Shown here: positions 45,426 through 54,512 of the stretch, one piece after another | Position numbering within the stretch: position 1 is the stretch's first letter | Layout of the letters: each line of letters starts with the position of its first letter | Assembly (NCBI GenBank): GCA_031459625.1 | Contig: JAVKIH010000006.1 | Location: 1-64,000 of the forward strand | Direction of reading: 5' to 3' | Length of the DNA stretch: 64,000 bases | From: Candidatus Geohabitans tengchongensis | Lineage (GTDB): Bacteria > Sysuimicrobiota > Sysuimicrobiia > Sysuimicrobiales > Humicultoraceae | Translations under genes and position numbers: made by a program | Notes under the pieces: generated by a model | The model's input: only the letters and a program-made list of their open reading frames with translations | Told to the model about the DNA's origin: nothing | The model's database searches: none

Positions 45426-46954
45426 ACGTCCGCCTGCTGCACCCGGACGGGGACGTCGGCTGGACCCGCGAGGTGCCACCGCACGCGGCAGACCTGGCGC
45501 AGGACCTCGGGCTGGAGACGCTTTGGGAGACGATGGCCGGCGGCAACGCCTTCCTCGCCGAGGTGGCGCGCTCGGTGATGCTGGCGAGCCTGACCGACCC
45601 CGAGGCGATCACCTACCGGCAGCGGGTCCTCCAGGACTGCCTGGCCCATCCGGCGGTGGTCAGGCAGCTCTACGCGGTGGCGCTGGAAGCGATCACCGGT
45701 GAACGGAAGGTCTACCGGAGCGCCTTCTTCCGCTACCCCGCCGGTATCCTGCACGGGGCCCTCGAGGTGATGCAGCTGTTCCTGCGCCAGCTCAGGCAGC
45801 TGCGCGCCATCGCCGAGGCCCATGCCGACGAGTTCGCTTCGGAGGGTTTTCGGGACCTCTTCGCCACCTTCAAGCGCGACCTGAGCGAGGACTACCTGCA
45901 GCGGGTCGCCGGCCACCTGCGACAGCTCCAGTTCCGCCATGGCGTGTTCGTCAGCGCGCGGCTCGGGCCGGGCAACAAGGGGCGGGACTATACGCTGCGC
46001 CGGCCCCCTACCCACCGGGGCGGGTGGCGGCAGTGGGTCCCGGGCTTCGACCGCGCTGCCGCGTACACCGTCGTCGTCCCCGACCGGGACGAGAGCGGAC
46101 TGCGCGCCCTCGCGGACCTACGGGACCGGGGTCTCAACCTGGCCGCCAACGTCCTGGCCCAGGCGGCCGACCACATCCTGGGGTTCTTCACGACCCTGCG
46201 GGAGGCCCTGGCCTTCTACCTCGGGTGCCTGACCCTGTGGGAGCGGCTCGTCGCGAAGGGAGAGCCGGTGTGCTTTCCCGAGCCGCTCCCGCCCGGCCGA
46301 CACCGGTTCTCCTGCCATGGCCTCTACGACGTGGCTCTGAGCCTGCGCCTGGAGCGCCGCGTGGTCGGCAACGACGTGGACGCGGACGACGTGCCCCTGG
46401 TCGTGATCACCGGAGCCAACCAGGGCGGCAAGTCCACGTTCCTGCGCAGCGTCGGTCTGGCGCACCTCATGATGCAGTGCGGGATGTTCGTCGGTGCCGA
46501 GGCTTTCCGGGCCAGCCTCTGCGAGAGGCTCTTCACCCACTACCGTCGGGAGGAAGATCCCGCCATGCAGCGGGGGAAGTGGGAGGAGGAGCTGGACCGA
46601 ATGCGGACCATCGTCGGCCGGTTGACCCCGCACTCCCTCGTGCTCTTCAACGAGTCCTTCGCCGCCACCAACGAACGGGAGGGGGCGGAGATCGCCGGCG
46701 GGATCGTCCGTGCCCTGGTGGAAGCGGGCGTTAGGGTGTTCTATGTGACCCACTCCTACGAGCTGGCCCACGGGTTCACTGAGAGGTGCCCCGGCGGCGT
46801 CCTCTTCCTGCGGGCCCACCGCGAGCCCGACGGCCACCGGACCTTCAGGCTGGTCCCGGGGGAACCGCTGCCGACCAGCTACGGCGAGGACCTCTACCGC
46901 CAGATCTTCGGGGAAGTCGGCGACGTGGCACCCACCGGCGCCCGAGGGGGCTGA
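45422..46954 (+). CDS. MutS-related ATPase B (domain V only recognisable)
   Basis: VGND, TGANQGGKSTF, NESFAAT, VTH; GTGA overlap with ATPase A. Confidence 0.88.
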   Translation: MNVRLLHPDGDVGWTREVPPHAADLAQDLGLETLWETMAGGNAFLAEVARSVMLASLTDPEAITYRQRVLQDCLAHPAVVRQLYAVALEAITGERKVYRSAFFRYPAGILHGALEVMQLFLRQLRQLRAIAEAHADEFASEGFRDLFATFKRDLSEDYLQRVAGHLRQLQFRHGVFVSARLGPGNKGRDYTLRRPPTHRGGWRQWVPGFDRAAAYTVVVPDRDESGLRALADLRDRGLNLAANVLAQAADHILGFFTTLREALAFYLGCLTLWERLVAKGEPVCFPEPLPPGRHRFSCHGLYDVALSLRLERRVVGNDVDADDVPLVVITGANQGGKSTFLRSVGLAHLMMQCGMFVGAEAFRASLCERLFTHYRREEDPAMQRGKWEEELDRMRTIVGRLTPHSLVLFNESFAATNEREGAEIAGGIVRALVEAGVRVFYVTHSYELAHGFTERCPGGVLFLRAHREPDGHRTFRLVPGEPLPTSYGEDLYRQIFGEVGDVAPTGARGG

Positions 46955-47012
46955 GGCGGAGGTCCCCCGGGATCGTCCGGCGGGCGTGGCGGCCCCGGGC
47001 CGATGGCCGGGC

Positions 47013-48161
47013 TTAACGCGGCAGCGGCGGGAGCGGCGGCAGGCGCTCCGGGCGGGAGGCGCGGACCCGGATGAGGTAGGCCTCCAGCCAGCCGCGCGCC
47101 CGGTCCGGGTGCGTCACCGCCCAGAGGACCTGTTCGTGGTCCAGCCCGTTCACCCGGTCGGCCGCCGCCCGGATGGCGTCGATGGAGTTGCGCACCGCCG
47201 TCTCCGGCGGGAGGCGCTCCGGGTTGACGTCGATGCCGAAGTGCTCCCGGTACCCGTGCAGCTTCAGCACATAGAGCGCCGCCTCCAGCTGCTCCGGGGC
47301 CACGACGCCCACGTCCAGGTCCTGGTCGTAGTTCCCCAGCGGCTGGCTGTTCCAGTGGGAGTGGGCCAGGCGCCCGTACTCGCACACCAGGCTGAAGGCG
47401 TAGGGCAGGTCCTCATAGCCCATCAGCATGTGGCCCGTCTCCGGGTTGAGGGCCAGCAGCGCGTGACCCTCGGCGAGCAGCCGCCGGTTCTCCGGCGCCC
47501 GCAGCCGCTCCTCCACCCGGGCCGCCAGCAGGAGCCCCTCCGCCGTCGAGCCGTAGAGGATGCGCCCGCGCGGCTCGTAGGGCTTGGGTTCGAAGGCGAT
47601 GCGCACGCCGGGGACGGCGTCCATGGCTTCGGCCAGGCCCTCAGCGAAGCGCTCCCGCATGGCCGCCAGGTCCACCCCGAAGGGGTTCTCGTAGCCGTCG
47701 ATCCCGGGCCAGACGATGGCGAAGTCGGTGTCCAGCTCGCGGTTCAGGCGCAGGGCGGCGATGGTCCGCTGCAGCGCGCGCTCCCGGGCCTCCGGCAGCG
47801 GGGAGGAGAGCGAGCCGAACTCGAACTCCCGGTCGGCGAATAGCCCCGGGACGATGGTGAGCAGCCGGATGCCGGTGTCGCGGGTGAACTGCCGCCAGAG
47901 GTCGAGCGTGGCCTCGCTGATCTCGTTGGGGTAGTGGGCCTCGACCGCCTCCACGCCGTAGTCCCGCAGCGCCGCGACGCGCTCCAATCGGGCGGGCAGG
48001 TCCACCGCGGGCCCGTAGGGCTCGTGGAAGCGGCTGGCCATGGGGGAGAAGTACCAGACCCCCACCGAGAAGCGGGGGACCAGCTCGAAGGTACGGAGGT
48101 GACGCAGCAGCTCCTCGGGGCTGCGCCGGGTACGCTGGGGACGCAGGTCACGCAGTGGCAT
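47013..48161 (-). CDS. Xylose isomerase-like TIM barrel sugar isomerase
   Basis: EPKPYEPRG, NPETGH, NSQ...YDQDL. Confidence 0.82.
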   Translation of the reverse strand: MPLRDLRPQRTRRSPEELLRHLRTFELVPRFSVGVWYFSPMASRFHEPYGPAVDLPARLERVAALRDYGVEAVEAHYPNEISEATLDLWRQFTRDTGIRLLTIVPGLFADREFEFGSLSSPLPEARERALQRTIAALRLNRELDTDFAIVWPGIDGYENPFGVDLAAMRERFAEGLAEAMDAVPGVRIAFEPKPYEPRGRILYGSTAEGLLLAARVEERLRAPENRRLLAEGHALLALNPETGHMLMGYEDLPYAFSLVCEYGRLAHSHWNSQPLGNYDQDLDVGVVAPEQLEAALYVLKLHGYREHFGIDVNPERLPPETAVRNSIDAIRAAADRVNGLDHEQVLWAVTHPDRARGWLEAYLIRVRASRPERLPPLPPLPR

Positions 48162-48217
48162 CGCCCACCCCTCCCGTCCTTGCCGGGATCTCCGCGCCGG
48201 CAGTACGCTCTTTCGGC

Positions 48218-49144
48218 GTGCTGCTGGTCCTCTCCCCCAACCTCTGTGTCGACCGGGTGGTCGTGGTCCCCGACTTCGCGCCCGGACGGGTGCACCGTGC
48301 CCGGGCGGTCCACGTCCTGGCCAGCGGCAAGGGGATGAACGTGGCCCGCGCGGCGCGTGCGCTCGGGGTCGAGGCCACGGTGGTCGGCGCGGTCGGGGAC
48401 GACGCGGCCGGGCGCTGGTTCGTCACGGACGCGCGACGGCAGGGCATCGCGCTGCGCGCGGTCCGGGGCCGCGGGGCCACCCGGACGTGCACCGTGATCG
48501 TCGCGCCGGGGCTGGGCGAGACCGTCGTCAACGAGCCCGGGCCGCAGGCGGACGCACGGACGGCCGACCTGCTGCGGCGGCGGGTGCGCCGCCTGCTCGG
48601 CCAGGCGTCCGTGCTGGTCCTGACCGGGAGCCTGCCACCGGGGGTACCGGCGACCTTCTACCGCGACGTCATCGCGGAGGCGCCGGGTCGCCCCACCGTG
48701 CTGGACACCAGCGGAGAGGCGCTGCGCCAGGCTGTGGCGGCTGTACCCACGGTCCTCAAGGTGAACCGGGAGGAGCTGGCCACGCTGGTAGGGCGCGACC
48801 TGACCGCCCTGGGTGACGTGGTGGCGGCGGCGCGGGAGGTACCGGTGCGGGACGGGGTGGTGGTGACGCTGGGCCAGGCGGGGGCGGTGCTGGTCCGGGC
48901 AGGTCGAGCCTGGATGGCCCGGCCGCCCGAGGTGCGGCGCGAGAGCGCGGTCGGGGCCGGAGACAGTCTGGCGGCCGGCCTGGCGGCGGCGCTGCTGGCG
49001 GGGCAGCCGCTCGTCGACGCGCTGCGCCTGGGGGTGGCCGTGGCCGCCGCCGACGTGGCCACGCTCCTCCCGGGCACGGTGGAGCGAGCAGAGGTGGATC
49101 GCCTGTTGCCGCTGGTGGCAGTCGAGCCGCTCGGCGCCGCCTGA
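48218..49144 (+). CDS. 1-phosphofructokinase family hexose kinase (PfkB)
   Basis: SGKGMNVAR, GSLPPG, LKVNREE, VGAGDS. Confidence 0.9.
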   Translation: MLLVLSPNLCVDRVVVVPDFAPGRVHRARAVHVLASGKGMNVARAARALGVEATVVGAVGDDAAGRWFVTDARRQGIALRAVRGRGATRTCTVIVAPGLGETVVNEPGPQADARTADLLRRRVRRLLGQASVLVLTGSLPPGVPATFYRDVIAEAPGRPTVLDTSGEALRQAVAAVPTVLKVNREELATLVGRDLTALGDVVAAAREVPVRDGVVVTLGQAGAVLVRAGRAWMARPPEVRRESAVGAGDSLAAGLAAALLAGQPLVDALRLGVAVAAADVATLLPGTVERAEVDRLLPLVAVEPLGAA

Positions 49145-49328
49145 GCCGCCGTGCCCGGGATGGACGGGGCTGGTCCCGGGTGACGCTCCTCAACCCTGTC
49201 GACATCCGACTCATGCTTCCCTGGTCGGCTGGCCACGAAGGTCTCTCCGTGTGGATCGCCGGGCCCGCAAGGGCTCGACAGTCCATAGTCGCAGGGGGGC
49301 GCCCTCGTGACTCCCGTCGCCGATGCCA

Positions 49329-50408
49329 TCATCTCTTGACCCGGGCCACGAAAGCGTCCAGGGCTTCCGACCCCGCCAGCACGTGCAGCTCCAGCCACAG
49401 GCGCCGGCGTTCCCCGGGCTCCAGCACCTGCAGCGTCCCGCGGGCCCGCTCCGCCGCCCGTCCCTCCACCAGGCAGTTGGCCGGCTCCAGCCCCATCACG
49501 TAGGTCCCCTGGCCGAGCATCTTCCACTGGATGAAGCGCGGCAGGGCGCGGCCGTCCCAGCGCAGGGCCAGCCCGAGCCCCCCGCGCAGCGCCCGGTTCA
49601 CCAGCGCCGCCTCGGCCACGCCGTCCGGTCCCGGCGGGATGTCGTGGTAGAAGACCTGCTCGCGGTAGCCCGCCACCGGCCCGTGCACGCGGGTGTGCTC
49701 GCCGAGCCCCGGGGCGGCCTGGGCGTCCCGGGGCCGCACCGTGCGCGCCGGGGTGACCACCTCGGCGCCCTCGTCCAGCAGCGGAAAGCCCAGGTTCACG
49801 TGGTAGAGCACCATGAAGGGCGTGGGGGCATCGGCGGCATTCTCGACCTCGTCGTCGAGACGCAGCCAGGTGGCGCCCAGCGCCGTGGCGATGGTGCGCC
49901 GGACCACCAGGTGCTCGCCGAAGACCACCGCCTGGCGCACGATCCCGCGCACGGCGATCCGGTAGGTCTCGCCCTCCCACGCCTCCTCGACCGCCACCGC
50001 CTCCGCCGGCAGGTAGGAGGCCCGGCCGTGCTGCCCCAGCGCCTCCCCGGCGTCCTCCGAAGGGGCGCCTATCGTGGTGTAGCCGCACGTGACCATGAGC
50101 CCGCCGTAGAAGCCGCGCAGCCACCCGCGGCCTTCCGGTTCGTAGAAGGCCGGGTGGATGCGCCCGGTGGCCGACCGCCAGGCCAGCGGGATCCCCTGGA
50201 ACTCGGCGTCGGCGATGTCGAGCCCGCGCGAGGGGAGGACGAGGAAGCGCAGCCCCCCGCCGGTGCGCACGTCCACGGCCTCCACGCCGGCCTCCGGGCC
50301 GTCGGCCAGGATGCAGCGCGTGGCGCCGGCCAGCTGTGCCATGCGGCCGACGCGCGCCCGCAGCGCCTCCGGCGTCCAGGTGCGCCCGTACAGCAGGATC
50401 GAGGACAT
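49329..50408 (-). CDS. Aldose 1-epimerase family (DUF4432-like) protein
   Basis: RGLDI, LMVTCG...HGR, YHVNLG, GLEP. Confidence 0.82.
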   Translation of the reverse strand: MSSILLYGRTWTPEALRARVGRMAQLAGATRCILADGPEAGVEAVDVRTGGGLRFLVLPSRGLDIADAEFQGIPLAWRSATGRIHPAFYEPEGRGWLRGFYGGLMVTCGYTTIGAPSEDAGEALGQHGRASYLPAEAVAVEEAWEGETYRIAVRGIVRQAVVFGEHLVVRRTIATALGATWLRLDDEVENAADAPTPFMVLYHVNLGFPLLDEGAEVVTPARTVRPRDAQAAPGLGEHTRVHGPVAGYREQVFYHDIPPGPDGVAEAALVNRALRGGLGLALRWDGRALPRFIQWKMLGQGTYVMGLEPANCLVEGRAAERARGTLQVLEPGERRRLWLELHVLAGSEALDAFVARVKR

Positions 50409-50468
50409 GAGTTGTCTGCCGTCGCAGTCGTCCACTTCGGTCCGGGCGGAGGCTTCCCCTGCGTGCCC

Positions 50469-51422
50469 TCAGGCCCGCACCGCGGCCGTCTCCATGAAGC
50501 GCAGCGTCTCCCCGAGTGGACGCACCCCGGCGGCGCCGCCCAGCGCCGTCACGCACAGGGCGCCGGCGGCGTTGGCCAGGCGGGTGGTGCGTTCCAGGTC
50601 CCACCCCATGAGGGTGCCGGCCAGGAAGCCGCCGCAGAAGGCATCTCCGGCGCCGGTGGTGTCGACCACCGGCACCACGTAGGCGGGCAGGTGCCCCCGC
50701 CACGCCCGGCCGTCCGGGCCGGTGCCGTCCACGTAGGCGCCCTGCTCGCCCATCTTCACTGCCACCGTGCCCACCCCCCGCGCGCGCAGGGCGGCCGCGA
50801 TGCGCGGCGGGTCCTCCTCGCCGGTGAGGCGGCCGAGTTCCTCCCGGTTGCCGAAGAGGATGTCGAGGTGGGAGAGGGCCGGCGCGAGCAGCGCCATCCA
50901 GCGGCCGCGGGCGTCCCAGGCCACGTCCAGCGAGGTCAGGCACCCCGCGCCGCGGGCCCGCCGGAGGAGCCGGACGGTGGGCTCGCCGTCGAGGGCCGGC
51001 AGGATGAAAGTGCCCCCGAGGTGCAGTACCCGGGTCTGGCGCAGCAGCGCGTCCTCCACGTCCTCCTCCACCAATCGCCCGTTGGCGCCGACCAGGTGAA
51101 GGAAGGAGCGCTCCCCGCCCGAGGTCACGGCCACCACGGTCGTGGAGGTCGGCGCCTCCTCGTCGGTCCGCACGTACGCGGCCACGCCGTGGCGGTGAAG
51201 TTCGTCGACGAGGAAGCGGCCGAACAGGTCGGCGCCTACGCGCCCCACCACGGCGGTGGCCACCCCCAGCTTCGCCAGCGTGACGCCCGTGGTGTGCGCC
51301 AGCCCGCCGGAGCGCACGGCCACGTCCTGCACCAGCGCGAGCTGCCCGCGCTGCGGCCACTCGTCCACCGGCCGGACCACCACGTCCGCCACCAGGACGC
51401 CGACGCAGGTCGCGTCAGGCAT
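50469..51422 (-). CDS. PfkB family sugar kinase
   Basis: GRVGADLFG, VKMGEQGA, DTTGAGDAF. Confidence 0.92.
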   Translation of the reverse strand: MPDATCVGVLVADVVVRPVDEWPQRGQLALVQDVAVRSGGLAHTTGVTLAKLGVATAVVGRVGADLFGRFLVDELHRHGVAAYVRTDEEAPTSTTVVAVTSGGERSFLHLVGANGRLVEEDVEDALLRQTRVLHLGGTFILPALDGEPTVRLLRRARGAGCLTSLDVAWDARGRWMALLAPALSHLDILFGNREELGRLTGEEDPPRIAAALRARGVGTVAVKMGEQGAYVDGTGPDGRAWRGHLPAYVVPVVDTTGAGDAFCGGFLAGTLMGWDLERTTRLANAAGALCVTALGGAAGVRPLGETLRFMETAAVRA

Positions 51423-52557
51423 CCACCGTCACCCAGCGGCGCGCCGCCGCCGAGCGGTAGATCGCGTCGACCAGCTCGTGCACCCGCACGGCGTCGTCGA
51501 AGGACGGCGCCGCCGGCCGGTCCTCGACGATGGCCTGCAGGAAGCTGAACTGGGCGTGGACGTGCGACCGGATCCACCCCAGCGTGAACTTGGGCGAGGG
51601 CACCGCCGCCGGGGGCGGGTAGTACTGCACGGTGGGCAGGCGGGTGAACCCGCGCCGCTCCGGCGGGGCGGTGCGGTCGTAGGCCCACAGCCAGTTGGGG
51701 TCCATCAGGTTGAAGGCCAGCGCGCCCCGGTCGCCGTGCAGCTCCAGCCGCAGCTCGTCCTCGGCGCCGGTGGCCACGCGGGTGAGCTCGGCCGTCCCCA
51801 GCGCGCCGCTCCGGAAGCGCAGCAGGCAGACGGCGGCGTCCTCCACCTCCACCGGCGCGCGCACCTCCGGCCGCTCCGGGAGGGGCCGGGTGCGCGTGAA
51901 GGTCTCCAGGTCGGCGCAGACCGCCTCCACCTCGCCCGCCAGGTGGCGCATCAGGTCGAGCAGGTGCGGCCCCAGGTCCACCACCACGCCGCCGCCGATG
52001 ATCTCCCGGCGCAGGCGCCACTCCAGGGGCCGGTCCGGGTCGACGTAGCCCGAGTGGAGGTAGACGCCGCGCACGTGGAAGGGGCGGCCGAGGAACCCCT
52101 CCGCCACCAGCGCGCGGGCCCGCAGCATCGCCGGCAGGAAGCGGTACTCGGCGGTGACCTGGTGCTTGACGCCGGCCTCGCGGGCCAGGGCGGCCAGGCG
52201 GCGCGCCTCGGCCAGGTCGTAGGCCAGCGGCTTCTCGCAGTAGACGTGCTTGCCGGCGCGCAGCGCCGCCTCCACCGCCTCGGCGTGGTAGCGGTTCGGG
52301 GTGCAGACGTCCACCACGTCGACGTCGTCGCGCTCCACCGCCTCGCGCAGCGAGGTGGTGGCGAGGGCGAAACCGGCCTGGTCGACGCCCTCCCGGGCGC
52401 GCGCCTCGTCCACGTCGCAGACGGCCACCAGCCGCAGCGGGCAGGGCTGCCCGGCGTAGTAGATGGGGATGGCCCGGTAGGCGTGGGCGTGGACGCGGCC
52501 CATCAGCCCGTAGCCGATGACCGCGATGCCCAGCGGCCGCCGGGGGACGGCGGGCAT
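51415..52557 (-). CDS. Gfo/Idh/MocA oxidoreductase
   Basis: GYGLMG, CTPN, HVYCEKPL, DLGPH. Confidence 0.93.
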   Translation of the reverse strand: MPAVPRRPLGIAVIGYGLMGRVHAHAYRAIPIYYAGQPCPLRLVAVCDVDEARAREGVDQAGFALATTSLREAVERDDVDVVDVCTPNRYHAEAVEAALRAGKHVYCEKPLAYDLAEARRLAALAREAGVKHQVTAEYRFLPAMLRARALVAEGFLGRPFHVRGVYLHSGYVDPDRPLEWRLRREIIGGGVVVDLGPHLLDLMRHLAGEVEAVCADLETFTRTRPLPERPEVRAPVEVEDAAVCLLRFRSGALGTAELTRVATGAEDELRLELHGDRGALAFNLMDPNWLWAYDRTAPPERRGFTRLPTVQYYPPPAAVPSPKFTLGWIRSHVHAQFSFLQAIVEDRPAAPSFDDAVRVHELVDAIYRSAAARRWVTVDA

Positions 52558-52560
52558 CGT

Positions 52561-53397
52561 TCAGGACCGGCCGGCGGGGGCCAGCTCGCGCAGCGCTGCC
52601 CCGACCCCGGCGCCCTCGTGCACGATCCGCCGCAGCGCCCGCACCATCCCCGCCGGGTCGTCGTGCTGCCAGACGTTCCGGCCGAAGACGACGCCGCGCG
52701 CGCCCGCCTCCAGCGCCTCGGCGACCATGGCCAGCGCGTCCGCCGCTGTCTCCGTGCGGGGCCCGCCGCGGACCAGCACCGGGACCGCCGCCGCGCGCAC
52801 GACGCGGCTGAAGGTCTCGCGCGAGCCGGTGTAGTCCACCTTCAGCAGGTCGGCGCCGGCCTCCCAGGCGATGCGCGCCATGAGCTCGACCACCTCGGGG
52901 GGGTTGACCAGGTGCTTCCCCGGGGCCACGGCCAGCGGCTCCACCACCAGCGGCAGCCCCAGCGCCCGGCACGCGGAGGCGAGTCGGCCGACGTCCTGCA
53001 GGTTGGCGCCTTCCTCCCGGTCTTCCGCGTAGCCGGTGAAGAGGAAGGCCACCACCGCGTCGGCGCCCAGGCGGACGGCGTCGGCCGGGGTGGCCACCGG
53101 GACGCGGTACGGCGCGCGGGGTGGGGCGGTGGAGCGCCAGGTGTTGCTGGCGTCCAGGCGCAGCACCAGCGCCGGCGCCCCGCGGCCGTGGAAGATGGCG
53201 CCGGCGGCGGCGGCCGCGCCGGGCGAGACCTGGAGGGCGTCGGGCCCGCCCTCGGCGACGCGGCGCATCGCCGCCACGACGTCTTCCACCCCGGGGACGG
53301 GGCCGAGGAAGAGGCCGTGGTCGAAGGCCACGACGATCCCCCGCTCGGTCCGGGGGTCGAGGATGCGGTGCAACCGTAGCGCTCTGCCGCTCGGCAT
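52561..53397 (-). CDS. DhnA/LsrF-type class I aldolase
   Basis: VAFDHG, GADLLKVDY, RGGP, GRNVWQ. Confidence 0.88.
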   Translation of the reverse strand: MPSGRALRLHRILDPRTERGIVVAFDHGLFLGPVPGVEDVVAAMRRVAEGGPDALQVSPGAAAAAGAIFHGRGAPALVLRLDASNTWRSTAPPRAPYRVPVATPADAVRLGADAVVAFLFTGYAEDREEGANLQDVGRLASACRALGLPLVVEPLAVAPGKHLVNPPEVVELMARIAWEAGADLLKVDYTGSRETFSRVVRAAAVPVLVRGGPRTETAADALAMVAEALEAGARGVVFGRNVWQHDDPAGMVRALRRIVHEGAGVGAALRELAPAGRS

Positions 53398-53488
53398 GGG
53401 ATCCTCCGGGTCCGGGACGTCTTCTGCTTACGCGCGGCCGGAGAGGGTTCCTCCCCGTCGCGCCGGCGCGGCTCGGCTATGATGGGGC

Positions 53489-54448
53489 GTGACGGCCATG
53501 GCCTCCCCACACCCGCCCGCACCGCAACTCGTCGTCATCGGCAGCCTGAACATGGACCTCACGGTCCGCGTCCCGCGCCTGCCGGGGCGGGGCGAGACCG
53601 TTGTGGGCTCCGACTTCTTCACCGCCCACGGCGGCAAGGGCGCCAACCAGGCGGTGGCGGCGGCGCGGCTCGGCGCGCGCGTGCGCCTGGTCGGCCGCGT
53701 CGGCCGCGACGCCTTCGGGGCGGAGCTCCAGCAGGCGCTGGCGGCCGAAGGGATCGACGCCGCCGCGGTGCGCCACTCCGACCGTCCCACGGGGGTGGCG
53801 CTCATCGTCGTGGAGGAGGGCGGCCAGAACCTCATCGCCGTGGCCCCCGGAGCAAACGGGGACGTGCGCCCGGAGGACGTCGAGGCGCTCGACCTGCCGG
53901 ACGGGGTGTGGGTGGGGGCGGTGCTGGAGGTGCCCGACGGGGCCACCGTCGCCGCCTTCCGCCGCGCCCGCGCGGTCGGAGGGCGCACCCTGCTCAACGC
54001 CGCCCCCTCGCGTCCGTTTGCCGGGGAATTGTGGCGGCTCACCGACGTGCTGGTGGTGAACGAGGGTGAGGCGGGCACGCTGGCGGGGCGCCCGGTGGGC
54101 GACGCCGCAGAGGCCCTCGAGGCCGCCCGGGTCCTCCGCGAGCGCGGGCCGCGCACCGTGGCCGTCACGCTGGGTCGGCAGGGTGCGGTGCTGCTCGGGG
54201 AGCGCGAGGCCTGGCACGTGCCGGCCGTCCCCGTGGACGCGGTGGACGCCACGGGTGCGGGAGACGCCTGGGTGGCCGCGCTGACCGTGGGGCTGGCGGA
54301 GGGGCGGTCGCTGGTCGAGGCGGGGGTGCTGGCGTCGGCCGCGGGAGCGCTGGCGGCCTCGCGCCCGGGGGCGCAGCCGTCGCTGCCCGCGCGCGCCGAG
54401 GTCGAGGCGCTCGCCGCCCGGGCACCGCGTCCTGTCCAGCTGACCTGA
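53489..54448 (+). CDS. rbsK: Ribokinase
   Basis: GSLNMD, GGKGANQAVAAARLG, NEGE, DATGAGD. Confidence 0.88.
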   Translation: MTAMASPHPPAPQLVVIGSLNMDLTVRVPRLPGRGETVVGSDFFTAHGGKGANQAVAAARLGARVRLVGRVGRDAFGAELQQALAAEGIDAAAVRHSDRPTGVALIVVEEGGQNLIAVAPGANGDVRPEDVEALDLPDGVWVGAVLEVPDGATVAAFRRARAVGGRTLLNAAPSRPFAGELWRLTDVLVVNEGEAGTLAGRPVGDAAEALEAARVLRERGPRTVAVTLGRQGAVLLGEREAWHVPAVPVDAVDATGAGDAWVAALTVGLAEGRSLVEAGVLASAAGALAASRPGAQPSLPARAEVEALAARAPRPVQLT

Positions 54449-54512
54449 CGGCTCGCGGCGCGGGCGCCACGTCCCGCGCGGCCGGCCTGACCTGCTGAGG
54501 AGACTCGCGCCA

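Noticed and set aside
49205..49255. Glycine riboswitch-like GGAGAGACC...CCGA on the minus strand
   Set aside because: Lacks the CTCTCAGG strand and has no downstream gene in that orientation
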